Virus record (IMG/VR): IMGVR_UViG_3300011113_000396
Span: 1 to 64,000 of that record
Direction: 5' to 3' (one strand)
Length of the DNA: 64,000 nt
Source: a virus
Positions 27,723 to 37,600 of this stretch are shown one piece after another. Within the stretch, counting starts at the first letter, position 1; each line of letters begins with the position of its first letter. Position numbers and translations under genes: made by a program. The notes under the pieces were generated by a model. The model worked only from the letters and a program-made list of their open reading frames with translations, did no database searches and was not told where the DNA came from.

Positions 27723-28426
27723 AACAATTTAAAAGAATATTAACGCATTTTTTACATGAAGTACATGATCACGATGAGCGATTTTCTGAAATTGAACAAT
27801 ATATTTGTGCTAATCCGGATGCAGTCAATAATCAACCAAGAGATATAGAAGATTGTATTGCAAAATTTCCTAAATTAAGTGCATATAAGCCAACAACCCC
27901 AGAGCCGCTTAATTCAACAATAGAACAATTGTTTGCAAATGCTTCAGAGTGTTCTGGAATATCCAGTATGTTGGGAACTACTTATTGGGGATGTGAATGG
28001 GGACACCCAACATCATCAATTTCTTGTGATTGCCCATATGTTAGCGTACCCTTTTTCACCTACATGGCACACAAAAAATTAACAGCATCTTTCTACAACA
28101 CTCCGTTAAAGACACCGATGCTTCGTGCTGCCTTTGAAACTTTATTAAAAGCTAGAAAAATAACAGTAACAGTTAGAGGTAATTTTTCATTTGATATTGG
28201 TCAAATTATAGAGATAGAGGATAATAGGCCTGTTACAAAAGAGAACGAATCTATTACCCAGTCTGGATTCTCTGGTAAATGGCTAATACTAAATGTCAAA
28301 CACGTTTTTAATAGAGATTACCACTATGAATGTGAGCTGGATTGCGCTTCATATGATCTTATAACAGCTGAACTTAATCTCTTACAGTCAGGCGATGTGT
28401 CAGGACTAGGAATCATAAATAGCTAA
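27719..28426 (+). CDS. Baseplate hub (gp27/gpD-like) C-terminal domain protein
   Basis: ITVTVRGNFSFDIGQIIEI...FSGKWLILNVKHVF motif; Cys-rich N-terminal half. Confidence 0.6.
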   Translation: MKQFKRILTHFLHEVHDHDERFSEIEQYICANPDAVNNQPRDIEDCIAKFPKLSAYKPTTPEPLNSTIEQLFANASECSGISSMLGTTYWGCEWGHPTSSISCDCPYVSVPFFTYMAHKKLTASFYNTPLKTPMLRAAFETLLKARKITVTVRGNFSFDIGQIIEIEDNRPVTKENESITQSGFSGKWLILNVKHVFNRDYHYECELDCASYDLITAELNLLQSGDVSGLGIINS

Positions 28427-28427
28427 T

Positions 28428-28802
28428 ATGGCAAAAGATTTTGATTTAAATCTTACAGTATCGGCAAAAAGCAAAGATTTTGTGCTTTTGAATACCACTT
28501 CTGCCTTGAATCAAACAATAACAAATTTGGTCAATGTTCGTACTGGGGATATTATTTCAGATTTTTCAGTCAATTCTCCCCTATCTAGTTTAAATTATTC
28601 GGTAGATCCAATTTATAGAGAATATTATCTTTCTCTCATTCCAGATTTTTTGACCCACATTACAAATGGGGAGATAGCTGAAGCTGAAATAACAACAAAC
28701 AGCGTTACAAATAATAAAGTATCATTGGATTTGCGTTATAAGACCAAGTCTAATGCTTCGGGAAGAGCAAATACAGTCAAAATAGAACAGAATTTATACT
28801 AA
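28428..28802 (+). CDS. gp25: Baseplate wedge subunit (diverged)
   Basis: KDFDLNL......DF......ALNQTITNLV....GD; directly before gp6; CATAAATA upstream. Confidence 0.65.
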   Translation: MAKDFDLNLTVSAKSKDFVLLNTTSALNQTITNLVNVRTGDIISDFSVNSPLSSLNYSVDPIYREYYLSLIPDFLTHITNGEIAEAEITTNSVTNNKVSLDLRYKTKSNASGRANTVKIEQNLY

Positions 28803-28803
28803 A

Positions 28804-30489
28804 ATGGCAATTACCACCAATAATCTTGACATATCAGCATTGGATTTTGATTCAATTAAATCCGATCTTAAAACTTATTTACAAACCCAAACGGAAATTG
28901 GTAAAGATATAGGGTTTGAAACAGGTTCTGTCTCTGATTCTTTGCTGTCTGTGCTATCGTATAATACTCTTTATTATGCCTATTACATCTATGCGCTATA
29001 TCAAGAAACAAGCGTTGAGAATGCGACCAAGATTTCTTCTATTGAAAATATATTAAAGGGTATTGGATATACTGCACCGGGGTATAAATCTGCAACTGCA
29101 AATTTAAGATTGACCCACAAATCAGGTGCCTCCGCAACATCTGTATTTAAATTTGATGTATTTAGCGCGAGTAATGAATTTGGGAAGAAATCATTTATTT
29201 ATACTGGAAACGATCAAACTCTTTCCAGCGGATATATCGATATTCCAGTAACTGAAGGTGCAATTGTAAGTGAAGTTCATTTTTTAGATGCAAATCAAAC
29301 ATACATTGAATTAGACGATACCAACATTGATATAGCTAATATTTTTGTTTCTGTTAGCGGAAGTTATTGGACAAATGCTGCTTACTTTACAGGAACCCCC
29401 ACAAGCTCTTCGCAAGTGTTCTTTGTAGAAAAGGTTGGAGGAAAGTATAGAGTTGTTTTTGGTGGCTCTAGACAGGATTCAAGGCTAAATGCCGCAGGAT
29501 CAATCCCCTCAACTTCAGAACAAATAGTAGTTTACTATATTCGTTCAAGTGGTACATCTGGCAATAATTGTAAGGTATTTACATCTACGAATTCAAATTA
29601 TACAATTACTACTAATATAAATTCTGCTGGTGGATTAAATCAAGTTGACATTGAATATTTGCGAGAAGTATCTCCGCTTATATTTGGACTAAATCCAACA
29701 AATAAAAGAATAGTAACTATTAATGATTTGAAAGGCTATATTGGCACTCATTCTACATATGATACTACCAAGGATATTGATACGAATATATCAGTTTGGA
29801 ACGGTGCAAATACAAATCTAAAAGAATTTGGAACGTGCTATTTTTCAATCATTAATTCAACAACCACGATTGGTAATCAGATAATTTCTGATGTTGCTGA
29901 TTATAAAGCTGGAAATATAACCGTCAAGTATGTCGTTCCAAAGACTGTCAGTCTTGCAGTTACAATAGCTGCTAAATATCTACCAAAAACAAAGAAGACT
30001 GCGGCTCAATTGAAATCGGGAATCGAATCTGCTTTAACTGTTTACGATGTCAATGAATTTTTCAATAGTGTTAATTCAGAAGATTTATTGGCCATAATGA
30101 GAACTGTGGATTCTTCTCTTTCAACCAATCAAACAACAATTTCGATGACAGCAACCTATGTTCATAGCTTGACCAGCGGAATAAATTTTGGATTTGAAAA
30201 TGAAATTATCAGTTTCAATACTGAATTGTTCTCCTCAAAATATGGATCAGTAAAACTTACAAGCTCAACAGTAGCTGACATTACTGGTTTTTACAAGATT
30301 CAAATGAAAAATTCTTCAGACGTTTTCATGGATTATGTCGGAAGATTCAATCCAAAAACAGGTGTAATTTCTCTAAAGAGTTCCTTTAATGCTACGAGTA
30401 TAACATTCAACTTCGTAGTAAAGGACATAGAAGCGGTTAAGAATTTTGTTGTTGATCCTACATTTACAGTAACAACAGAAATACTATGA
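28804..30489 (+). CDS. gp6: Baseplate wedge subunit
   Basis: LDFDSIKSDLK.YL..Q, LLSVLSYNT.Y, GY......A.A, Y.V.FG, RIVT..D motifs. Confidence 0.85.
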   Translation: MAITTNNLDISALDFDSIKSDLKTYLQTQTEIGKDIGFETGSVSDSLLSVLSYNTLYYAYYIYALYQETSVENATKISSIENILKGIGYTAPGYKSATANLRLTHKSGASATSVFKFDVFSASNEFGKKSFIYTGNDQTLSSGYIDIPVTEGAIVSEVHFLDANQTYIELDDTNIDIANIFVSVSGSYWTNAAYFTGTPTSSSQVFFVEKVGGKYRVVFGGSRQDSRLNAAGSIPSTSEQIVVYYIRSSGTSGNNCKVFTSTNSNYTITTNINSAGGLNQVDIEYLREVSPLIFGLNPTNKRIVTINDLKGYIGTHSTYDTTKDIDTNISVWNGANTNLKEFGTCYFSIINSTTTIGNQIISDVADYKAGNITVKYVVPKTVSLAVTIAAKYLPKTKKTAAQLKSGIESALTVYDVNEFFNSVNSEDLLAIMRTVDSSLSTNQTTISMTATYVHSLTSGINFGFENEIISFNTELFSSKYGSVKLTSSTVADITGFYKIQMKNSSDVFMDYVGRFNPKTGVISLKSSFNATSITFNFVVKDIEAVKNFVVDPTFTVTTEIL

Positions 30490-31169
30490 TTTTATTTTTT
30501 AATCCAGAAACACAAGGACTGACCGTATCTTTCGATGCGAGTTATTACATTGCTGAACTGGAAAATTACATAGCAACAACATTTAAAAGCACTACTCCAC
30601 CAACAAATAAAATTTTTGTTGAGGAGTATTTTCCCCAATGGATAAGAGAACAGCATAACAAAAATCCTGTTAGATTCGTTAGTTTTTTACAAAACTATTA
30701 TGACTGGCTTTTTACTGTTGTATCCGGTGATGGATTTGGTGCTGATTACGAACTTGAAAAGTTATTAGGTATTAGAGAATGCCCATTTGATTCGGTTGAT
30801 GAATTAATTTATCTCTATGCTAATGATTTTCATGGCATATCATATACTACGACTCAAGTAGAGAATTTCAGACCTTTTATTGAAAACATCCAAAAGAAAT
30901 ATCTTTCTGTAAAAGGTACAGACTCATCCTATGAATATTTTATTAAAGAAATTTACGGATTCACTGCTGGAGTTACGGCCAATTATTCTAATACTACTTT
31001 TGTACTAAATTCTACTAATATTGGACCGACTAACAAAATTCAAGACAAGACTTCTGAAAATACATATACTGTCAAAATCGATGTCAGCTCAACAGCTGCC
31101 ACTGCTGCTGACAAGAAGACAATAGAAGAATCATTCAATATTTTAGGATATAAGACATTGGTAATCTAA
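30486..31169 (+). CDS. Short gp7-like baseplate wedge protein
   Basis: FPQWIRE......FVSFLQNYYDWL and Y..KGT..SY..F....YG motifs; follows gp6. Confidence 0.6.
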   Translation: MILFFNPETQGLTVSFDASYYIAELENYIATTFKSTTPPTNKIFVEEYFPQWIREQHNKNPVRFVSFLQNYYDWLFTVVSGDGFGADYELEKLLGIRECPFDSVDELIYLYANDFHGISYTTTQVENFRPFIENIQKKYLSVKGTDSSYEYFIKEIYGFTAGVTANYSNTTFVLNSTNIGPTNKIQDKTSENTYTVKIDVSSTAATAADKKTIEESFNILGYKTLVI

Positions 31170-31170
31170 C

Positions 31171-31899
31171 ATGGCAAACACCCCATTCAATTCAAATGAC
31201 TTTCCGTTAAAGCAATCGCCTTACTATAGCAGAACATATGATTCTGATGTCGGTACTACTTTCGGATTTTCAAATCATCAAATGGTAGCTTTCCAACCCG
31301 GAAATCCACTACAAGCTTCTGAATTGAATGAATTACAAGAAAAGCGTCTTCTTGACAACACTCTAAATTTTGAAATGTTGGGAGCATGGGCGAAGGAATG
31401 CTTTAGCAATAATTTAGATTTCCCTAAGTGGGATGGGGCAATTCCTCTATATCCAAAGACTGATACTATTGGATCTGATACTAAGCTAATCGGTATTACT
31501 CAAATTGGAATAAACGCTTTACAAGTTCAATTTAGAACTGGCTGGTATCTAGTTAAGACTGATGCTGGTTTAAGAACTTGGGTTCATTACGATAATTCTC
31601 CAGCTACTGTGAGTTCCTTTGTATTAGCACCAGCTACAAATTATTACATTGGATTTTCAAAGACAGAAGGATATACCGGGGCTACGGTCAGCAATGATTT
31701 GGGAGACAATTCAGACGGGACTTCGGATCCAAGTATACCCGGAGCAGATCGTTATATCGTTGGTCTTGGTTCTGTAATGTACAGTACAGTTTCTGGGTTT
31801 ACAGGAAATTTTGAACCAGTGTTTAGTTATTATAATAGTGGTTTGACAGGTGTTACTAACAGTGCTACATATCTTAACGGATTAACATTCCATCCGTAA
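31171..31899 (+). CDS. DUF4815-type virion protein, N-terminal domain only
   Basis: SPYY...F.PG.PLQASELNELQ and PGADRY motifs. Confidence 0.65.
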   Translation: MANTPFNSNDFPLKQSPYYSRTYDSDVGTTFGFSNHQMVAFQPGNPLQASELNELQEKRLLDNTLNFEMLGAWAKECFSNNLDFPKWDGAIPLYPKTDTIGSDTKLIGITQIGINALQVQFRTGWYLVKTDAGLRTWVHYDNSPATVSSFVLAPATNYYIGFSKTEGYTGATVSNDLGDNSDGTSDPSIPGADRYIVGLGSVMYSTVSGFTGNFEPVFSYYNSGLTGVTNSATYLNGLTFHP

Positions 31900-31911
31900 T
31901 GGAGGTGAATT

Positions 31912-32493
31912 GTGAGTTGTGGTTGTAATAAAGGTAAAGATAATAATGGTAACAAAGTGAGAATTTTTAGAGATATTTCATCTGGAAAAACTGATGTAAA
32001 AAAGCTTTATACGATGATTCAAGGGTTTGCCTTAGCATATGCCTCTAGGGGATTGTCTAAAGAAAAAGCTCCAAAAGAAATCAAGCAGCTTAGAGTATTG
32101 AGTTGTTTTGGGAATGAATCTTCTGGCGGCGAATTGCCTCCATGTCAACATCTAAAGCCATCCTCAACTGAAGGTAAGTTTTATTGCGGTGGCTGTGGAT
32201 GTGGAGACAAAAAGGCCACTTGGCTCAATGGAACTGCCGAGGAATATTCAAAATTAGATTTTCCTTTCTTGTCTTGCCCGTTGGCCATGCCGGGATTCTC
32301 AAATTATAAGCAGAGCAATCCAGACGAAGCAAACGAGCCTATAACAAGAAAGTTCTATATTGAAAATATGGACTTTACAGATGTACAAGAGGTTGAAGTT
32401 ACACAACATGAATTTGACCCTGCCTCTTTAGGATTGTCAAAACAAGTAACTCAAGATGAACTAAAAAACATCTTTAAGAAAAAATCCGACTGA
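31912..32493 (+). CDS. Cys-rich hypothetical protein (DUF6171-like)
   Basis: CGCNK, SCFG...PPC, YCGGCGCGD, KL......CP motifs; GTG start after GGAGG. Confidence 0.6.
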   Translation: MSCGCNKGKDNNGNKVRIFRDISSGKTDVKKLYTMIQGFALAYASRGLSKEKAPKEIKQLRVLSCFGNESSGGELPPCQHLKPSSTEGKFYCGGCGCGDKKATWLNGTAEEYSKLDFPFLSCPLAMPGFSNYKQSNPDEANEPITRKFYIENMDFTDVQEVEVTQHEFDPASLGLSKQVTQDELKNIFKKKSD

Positions 32494-32517
32494 ATCTAAT
32501 GCAGCATACATAATAGT

Positions 32518-33324
32518 ATGCCAGCATTAAATTCCAGAGAATCTTTAATAGATTACGCTTTTAGAGCTTTAGGATCACCTGTAATCGAAATAAATGTCGA
32601 TATGCAGCAAGCCTATGACAGGCTTGACGATGCGCTCCAGTTCTTTGCCGAGAGGCATTTTGACGGGGTGGATCGTTGCTATTTTGATTATGTTGTCACT
32701 CAGCAAGACGTAGATCGTAAATATATCAATACGGATGCCTTTGGTCCCATGGTCGGGGCTGATGCGTCTGGCCGTCCAGATGGGCGAGATATATTATCGA
32801 TAATTAGAATTTTTCCTTTCGGTACTCATAGTTCAAATAATTTTTTTGACATTCGCTACCAGCTAGCATTGAATGACTTCTTTGGTATTAATACCAATCT
32901 TAACACAAGCGGTGCTGCTCCAGTAGCAACTTATGATATTGCCAAACGATATATCCGTCTGATCGAAATGATGTTTGATCCGGAAAGAGCTATTCGTTTT
33001 TCCAAGGTTACAAACAAGCTTCAAATCGAAACCGATTGGACAGAAATGAAGGCTGGAACCCATTTGGCGGTTGAAGCTTATGTCCTCTTAGACCCAGAAA
33101 GATACACAGAAATCTATAACGACATTCTTCTAAAGAAGTATGTAACGGCTCTTATCAAGAGACAATGGGGCGCAAATCTTTCAAAGTTTGATGGTGTTCA
33201 GCTTCCCGGTGGCATTGTCACCAGAGGATCCTCAATTTTTGGAGAAGCAATTCAGGAAATTGCAATACTTGAAGAACAAGTAAGATCCGCTTATGAGTAT
33301 CCACCTGACTTCATGACAGGATAA
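32518..33324 (+). CDS. gp13: Neck protein
   Basis: R.LGSPVIEINVD..Q..DR.DDALQFF.E.HFDG; KKY.TALIKRQWG.NLSKF.GVQLPGG. Confidence 0.93.
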   Translation: MPALNSRESLIDYAFRALGSPVIEINVDMQQAYDRLDDALQFFAERHFDGVDRCYFDYVVTQQDVDRKYINTDAFGPMVGADASGRPDGRDILSIIRIFPFGTHSSNNFFDIRYQLALNDFFGINTNLNTSGAAPVATYDIAKRYIRLIEMMFDPERAIRFSKVTNKLQIETDWTEMKAGTHLAVEAYVLLDPERYTEIYNDILLKKYVTALIKRQWGANLSKFDGVQLPGGIVTRGSSIFGEAIQEIAILEEQVRSAYEYPPDFMTG

Positions 33325-33326
33325 AA

Positions 33327-34244
33327 ATGGCAACTAATCCTTACTTCAGAGACAATTATTCTGGTGAGCAGAATGTAACCGAGTCCATCGTGATCGAAAC
33401 AATCAAGATGATGGGTAAAAATTGTTTCTACATTCCTAGAGAATATAACAACATCTCTGTTCTTTATGGAGAAGATCCTTTATCTTCCTTTACAAATAAA
33501 ATTGAGATAGAGATGTATCCCGCTACAGTCAATGGCTTCGGTGGTGCAGGCGATCTTGCCTCAAGATTTGGAATTGAAGTTAAGGATGACGTTACTTTAG
33601 TAGTTTCTAAAAAACGATTCACTAAAGAAGTAACTGAAAGATTCAATACAATCACACGCCCTAGAGAAGGGGATTTGATTTACTTTCCTTTATCTAAAAC
33701 ATTTTTTGAAATAAATTTTGTAGAACACGAAACGCCATTCTATCAACTAGGAAAGCTTTATACATTTACTTTATTCTGCGAAACCTTCGTCTTCTCACAC
33801 GAAGAATTCAATACAGATTCTCCATTGGATTCTATTATGGATCGCTCAAAGGAAACTTATTCATTGTTTATCAATGAAGCTGGTGGTACTTTCATGAATG
33901 AATTTACTATTGGCGATAAGCTTTACCAAAACGGATTTACATTTGGATCTTCGCCAAAGACTGCTGCTATTGTAAATTATAATACCAGAGTGAAACAACT
34001 TACGCTATCTCCGATTAAAGGAACATTTGTGTCGGGTGATATCGTGGTTTCTAATGAGTTTGGAATAACTGCTTCTATGACTGGGGCAACATCATCTAAT
34101 GTTGTCACATATTTCAATACAGAAACAGACAACATTTCTGATATTGATAATCCATTTGACATGCTTGTGCAAGATTATTACGCTGGAGTCACACCAAGTT
34201 TGATTGACTATAGTGAAGATAATCCGTTTTCAGAGGGTATTTAA
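33327..34244 (+). CDS. gp14: Neck protein
   Basis: NPYF, YIPR, RPREGDLIYFP, FEINFVEHE.PFYQLGK, NPF.E. Confidence 0.93.
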   Translation: MATNPYFRDNYSGEQNVTESIVIETIKMMGKNCFYIPREYNNISVLYGEDPLSSFTNKIEIEMYPATVNGFGGAGDLASRFGIEVKDDVTLVVSKKRFTKEVTERFNTITRPREGDLIYFPLSKTFFEINFVEHETPFYQLGKLYTFTLFCETFVFSHEEFNTDSPLDSIMDRSKETYSLFINEAGGTFMNEFTIGDKLYQNGFTFGSSPKTAAIVNYNTRVKQLTLSPIKGTFVSGDIVVSNEFGITASMTGATSSNVVTYFNTETDNISDIDNPFDMLVQDYYAGVTPSLIDYSEDNPFSEGI

Positions 34245-34661
34245 ATGTCTGATATAACAAACAAAGAACAACTCAATAATTTTCTAGAAATAACTAATCC
34301 AAAAACTTTGAAGCAAGAATCTTCTATAGTGAAGAAAAATGTAGAAGATGACTATGAATATGCTAGAGATAACATTAGAGAGATTCTAGAGAAGGGCAAA
34401 ATGGCTTTAGATGGCATTCTTCAGGTTGCTCAGGATGGAGACTCCCCCAGAGCATACGAAGTCGCTACAAATATGCTCAAGGCTCTCTCAGAGATCAATA
34501 AAGATCTCATGGATGTCCATGTTAAGGTCAAGGATAGTGAAAAAACCACAATTAAGCAAACCAATAACGCTATTTTTGTGGGTTCTACCTTAGATCTTCA
34601 AGACATGATAAATAAAGAAAGAAGCTCAAAGAAAGCGATAATACAGGACAACAATGTTTGA
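34245..34661 (+). CDS. gp16: Terminase small subunit
   Basis: DDYEYAR.N....EKG..AL.......SPRAYEV...NNAIFVGST.DLQ. Confidence 0.9.
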   Translation: MSDITNKEQLNNFLEITNPKTLKQESSIVKKNVEDDYEYARDNIREILEKGKMALDGILQVAQDGDSPRAYEVATNMLKALSEINKDLMDVHVKVKDSEKTTIKQTNNAIFVGSTLDLQDMINKERSSKKAIIQDNNV

Positions 34662-37600
34662 TTCATTTTATAACGATTGCATTAAAAAGAACACGATAGC
34701 ATTTGCTTCGTTATTTAACAACATCTATGTGAATAGAGAGGACACAGAGGAATCTAAAAAAATAAAAGTACCTCTAGTATATGGCGGTAAGGAAAAGTAT
34801 GTAAGTCGCCTTCAAAATCCGTCTAGTATTTCTGAAAAAGATAAGCTTCAAATAACTCTTCCCATGATGAGTTTTGATATGTCTAATCTGCAATACGATA
34901 CGCAGAGACATAGAAACAAACTTGAATTCAACAAGCTTTTTTATCAAGAAGAAGGTGAGACTAAAGCCAAAATTAAAATAGGCGAATATCCTTGCTTGAT
35001 GCAATTTAATCTTGCAATTTACACTCGTAATATTGAAGAAAATTTTCAAATTATTGAGCAAATTGCACCCTATTTCACGCCTGAATATATTCTTACTCTA
35101 GATTTTGATAAGACTTTGACTAGAGGTATTGATATTCCGATTAATCTAGTTGCATCAAAGATCGGAAATGACTATGAAGGTGGATTTGGCAATCGTAGAG
35201 CTGTAGTAAGTACCTTACAATTTGTAATGCGTACCTATTTGTTTGGTCCTGAGCGAGAAGCAACGCCAATTCTTACAACTGATTTTAATCTTAATACCCA
35301 AGACAGCTTTTTACAATTTATTACAGATGTTCAAGTCAATGATGACTTATATCTTAACAATCAATCTATTACAGTTACTTGGAGGCAGGGAGGTATTTTC
35401 CCCAGAAATCCAACTATCGTAATTACAAATCTTACAAACTACACCCAAGAAATAGTCTACGATCCAGAAACATTTGACGTTGGCGATGGAACTAATAGTG
35501 TTACATTTCCTATACCAGCTTCTGCTCCTTTGCTACAACAGTTATATGTAAGAGTATTTTTGGGCACAGTATCAGATAATTCGCCAGCATTTGAAATTAG
35601 ATCAGCTGCTGGAAATATTTCCTTGTTACGGTTGGCTAATTTTTCTGGGACAACTTTTAATGATTTGATGTCATCCAACCACTATTTCTTTACTCAAAGT
35701 GGTGTGACACAATTTCCAAGAGGCAACAATCTTGTCTTGGCTTATAATTATGGCTCATATAGCGATCTTAACATTAAAACGCCCGGATTACTTGAATATT
35801 ATCGTGCATTTGGCTTAACATTTAGAGCAAATACAATTGACAATCCACAAATTCCATTTGGTAGCGTTATACACAACGGCATGTGGGCTGGTATAAGTTA
35901 TGATCAGAACAGAGTTTTGCCTTGTTTAACAATTTACATGAGACCCGGAGCCAATGTAAATTTATATGCAAACCAAGGTGATGGGGTGTTCGGCACAACA
36001 CAAGGATCATTAGCAAATAGAAGAACAAGTGAGGATATGTTCCAAGCAACATATGGTTCTCAATCTTATTATATTAATGGATTTTGGGGATGGAATGGAA
36101 CTACAAGTACTATAAGTATTGGATCATATCCAACAGCTGGCATTACAATAGAGAGTGGTTTTAGTGGATATATTTTTGACAAAAATAATCAAAATAGATA
36201 TCCCGACACCGGAAAATATTCAACTGGTGTAACTCATTCTCAAGCAGGCCCATCAATAAGAACATTATTTGATCCAACATTTACTCAAAAGTTATATCCA
36301 AATCGTGGGGCAACAGGTCTAAGAGCTTGGCAAATTACTGCCTTTGGTAGTAATAATCCAGCTGATTTATTTTTTGATTCAAATGTAATTTCTGGTTCGA
36401 CTCTACCGATTTTTACTGCCAATCCCAATTTGTCCGGTTCTGATTTTAATTATCTTGATAACAATGATAAGATGAGATTTGGAACGTATATGGACTGTTA
36501 TAGAATAGCCCATAATGGAAACACATATTTGATTCCATCTCCATTTACTGCAAATCTTGTTACAGATATGCTTGGGTTTACTGCATATAAATCGACTGGA
36601 TTTACAGGCAGAGAAGAATTTGCTGGTAAGTTTGGAACAACCTATGTGGGAGGATGGAATAAATTATTTGATTTTGTTTATGCTGGAAAAAATATAAATG
36701 GTGTTACGTTTACCCCACCCACTCCATGCGTGGATATTATTTTCAATGATCATGAACTTAGATGGGGACTGGGTTTGGGTGCTGATGCCTTGATGATATG
36801 GAGATTCATGCTTTTGGTTGATGGGTTGACAACTGCTTGGATCAATAGAGTCAAACAAGATGAATTCTGGCCAAATCTTCAGGCCAAATATGCAGAATAT
36901 CCCGGCCTGTCTTTTGACAGAATCTTTGATAATATGAAAAATTCATTTATTCAGTTTACATCAGGACCTTTATCGAGAAAAGGTCTTCATGGAGGAATTC
37001 AGTTTTCTACTGATGCATTGCCATTGAATGAATTTTATGACAATGAGGTTAGAAAATATTGGTATGGACTTCAGGAAACAAGCGAAAGAAGAAGTCCGGG
37101 ATGCAAATTTGCTCCAGTTCATGTAAACAGAATTCCTAAATTAAAATCAGCTGCTCGTTTTAATGATGTAACAATTCAGAGCTTTTCTCAAGGAGTAACA
37201 TTACCATACGAATTAATATATCATTATCCTTATGGTTATCCTTATACTTTCTCAAATTATCAGGGAAGATATAGAAGAACAGGTTATGGCCCTACACCAT
37301 CTAATCCAATAGCATTACAAGGTGTAACAAATATAGTCATAAATCTAAATCCAACGGTACAACAAGTAAATATATCATCTGATAAGCTTGTTCCTTGGTT
37401 TATTGAGGACTCCGTTGGACAAACTGGTACAGCTTTTAATGTAGGTATTTCATATAATCAAACATATTTTGAAACAAACCAATTACCTACTACATTGGGG
37501 AACGGTACTTTTGTATCTTTCTTTGGTAAATATCAAGAACCTTCACTCTGGCCTACGGCGGGAAGATCTTTATCAGAAAAATATGAACCATTTTTTGCAA

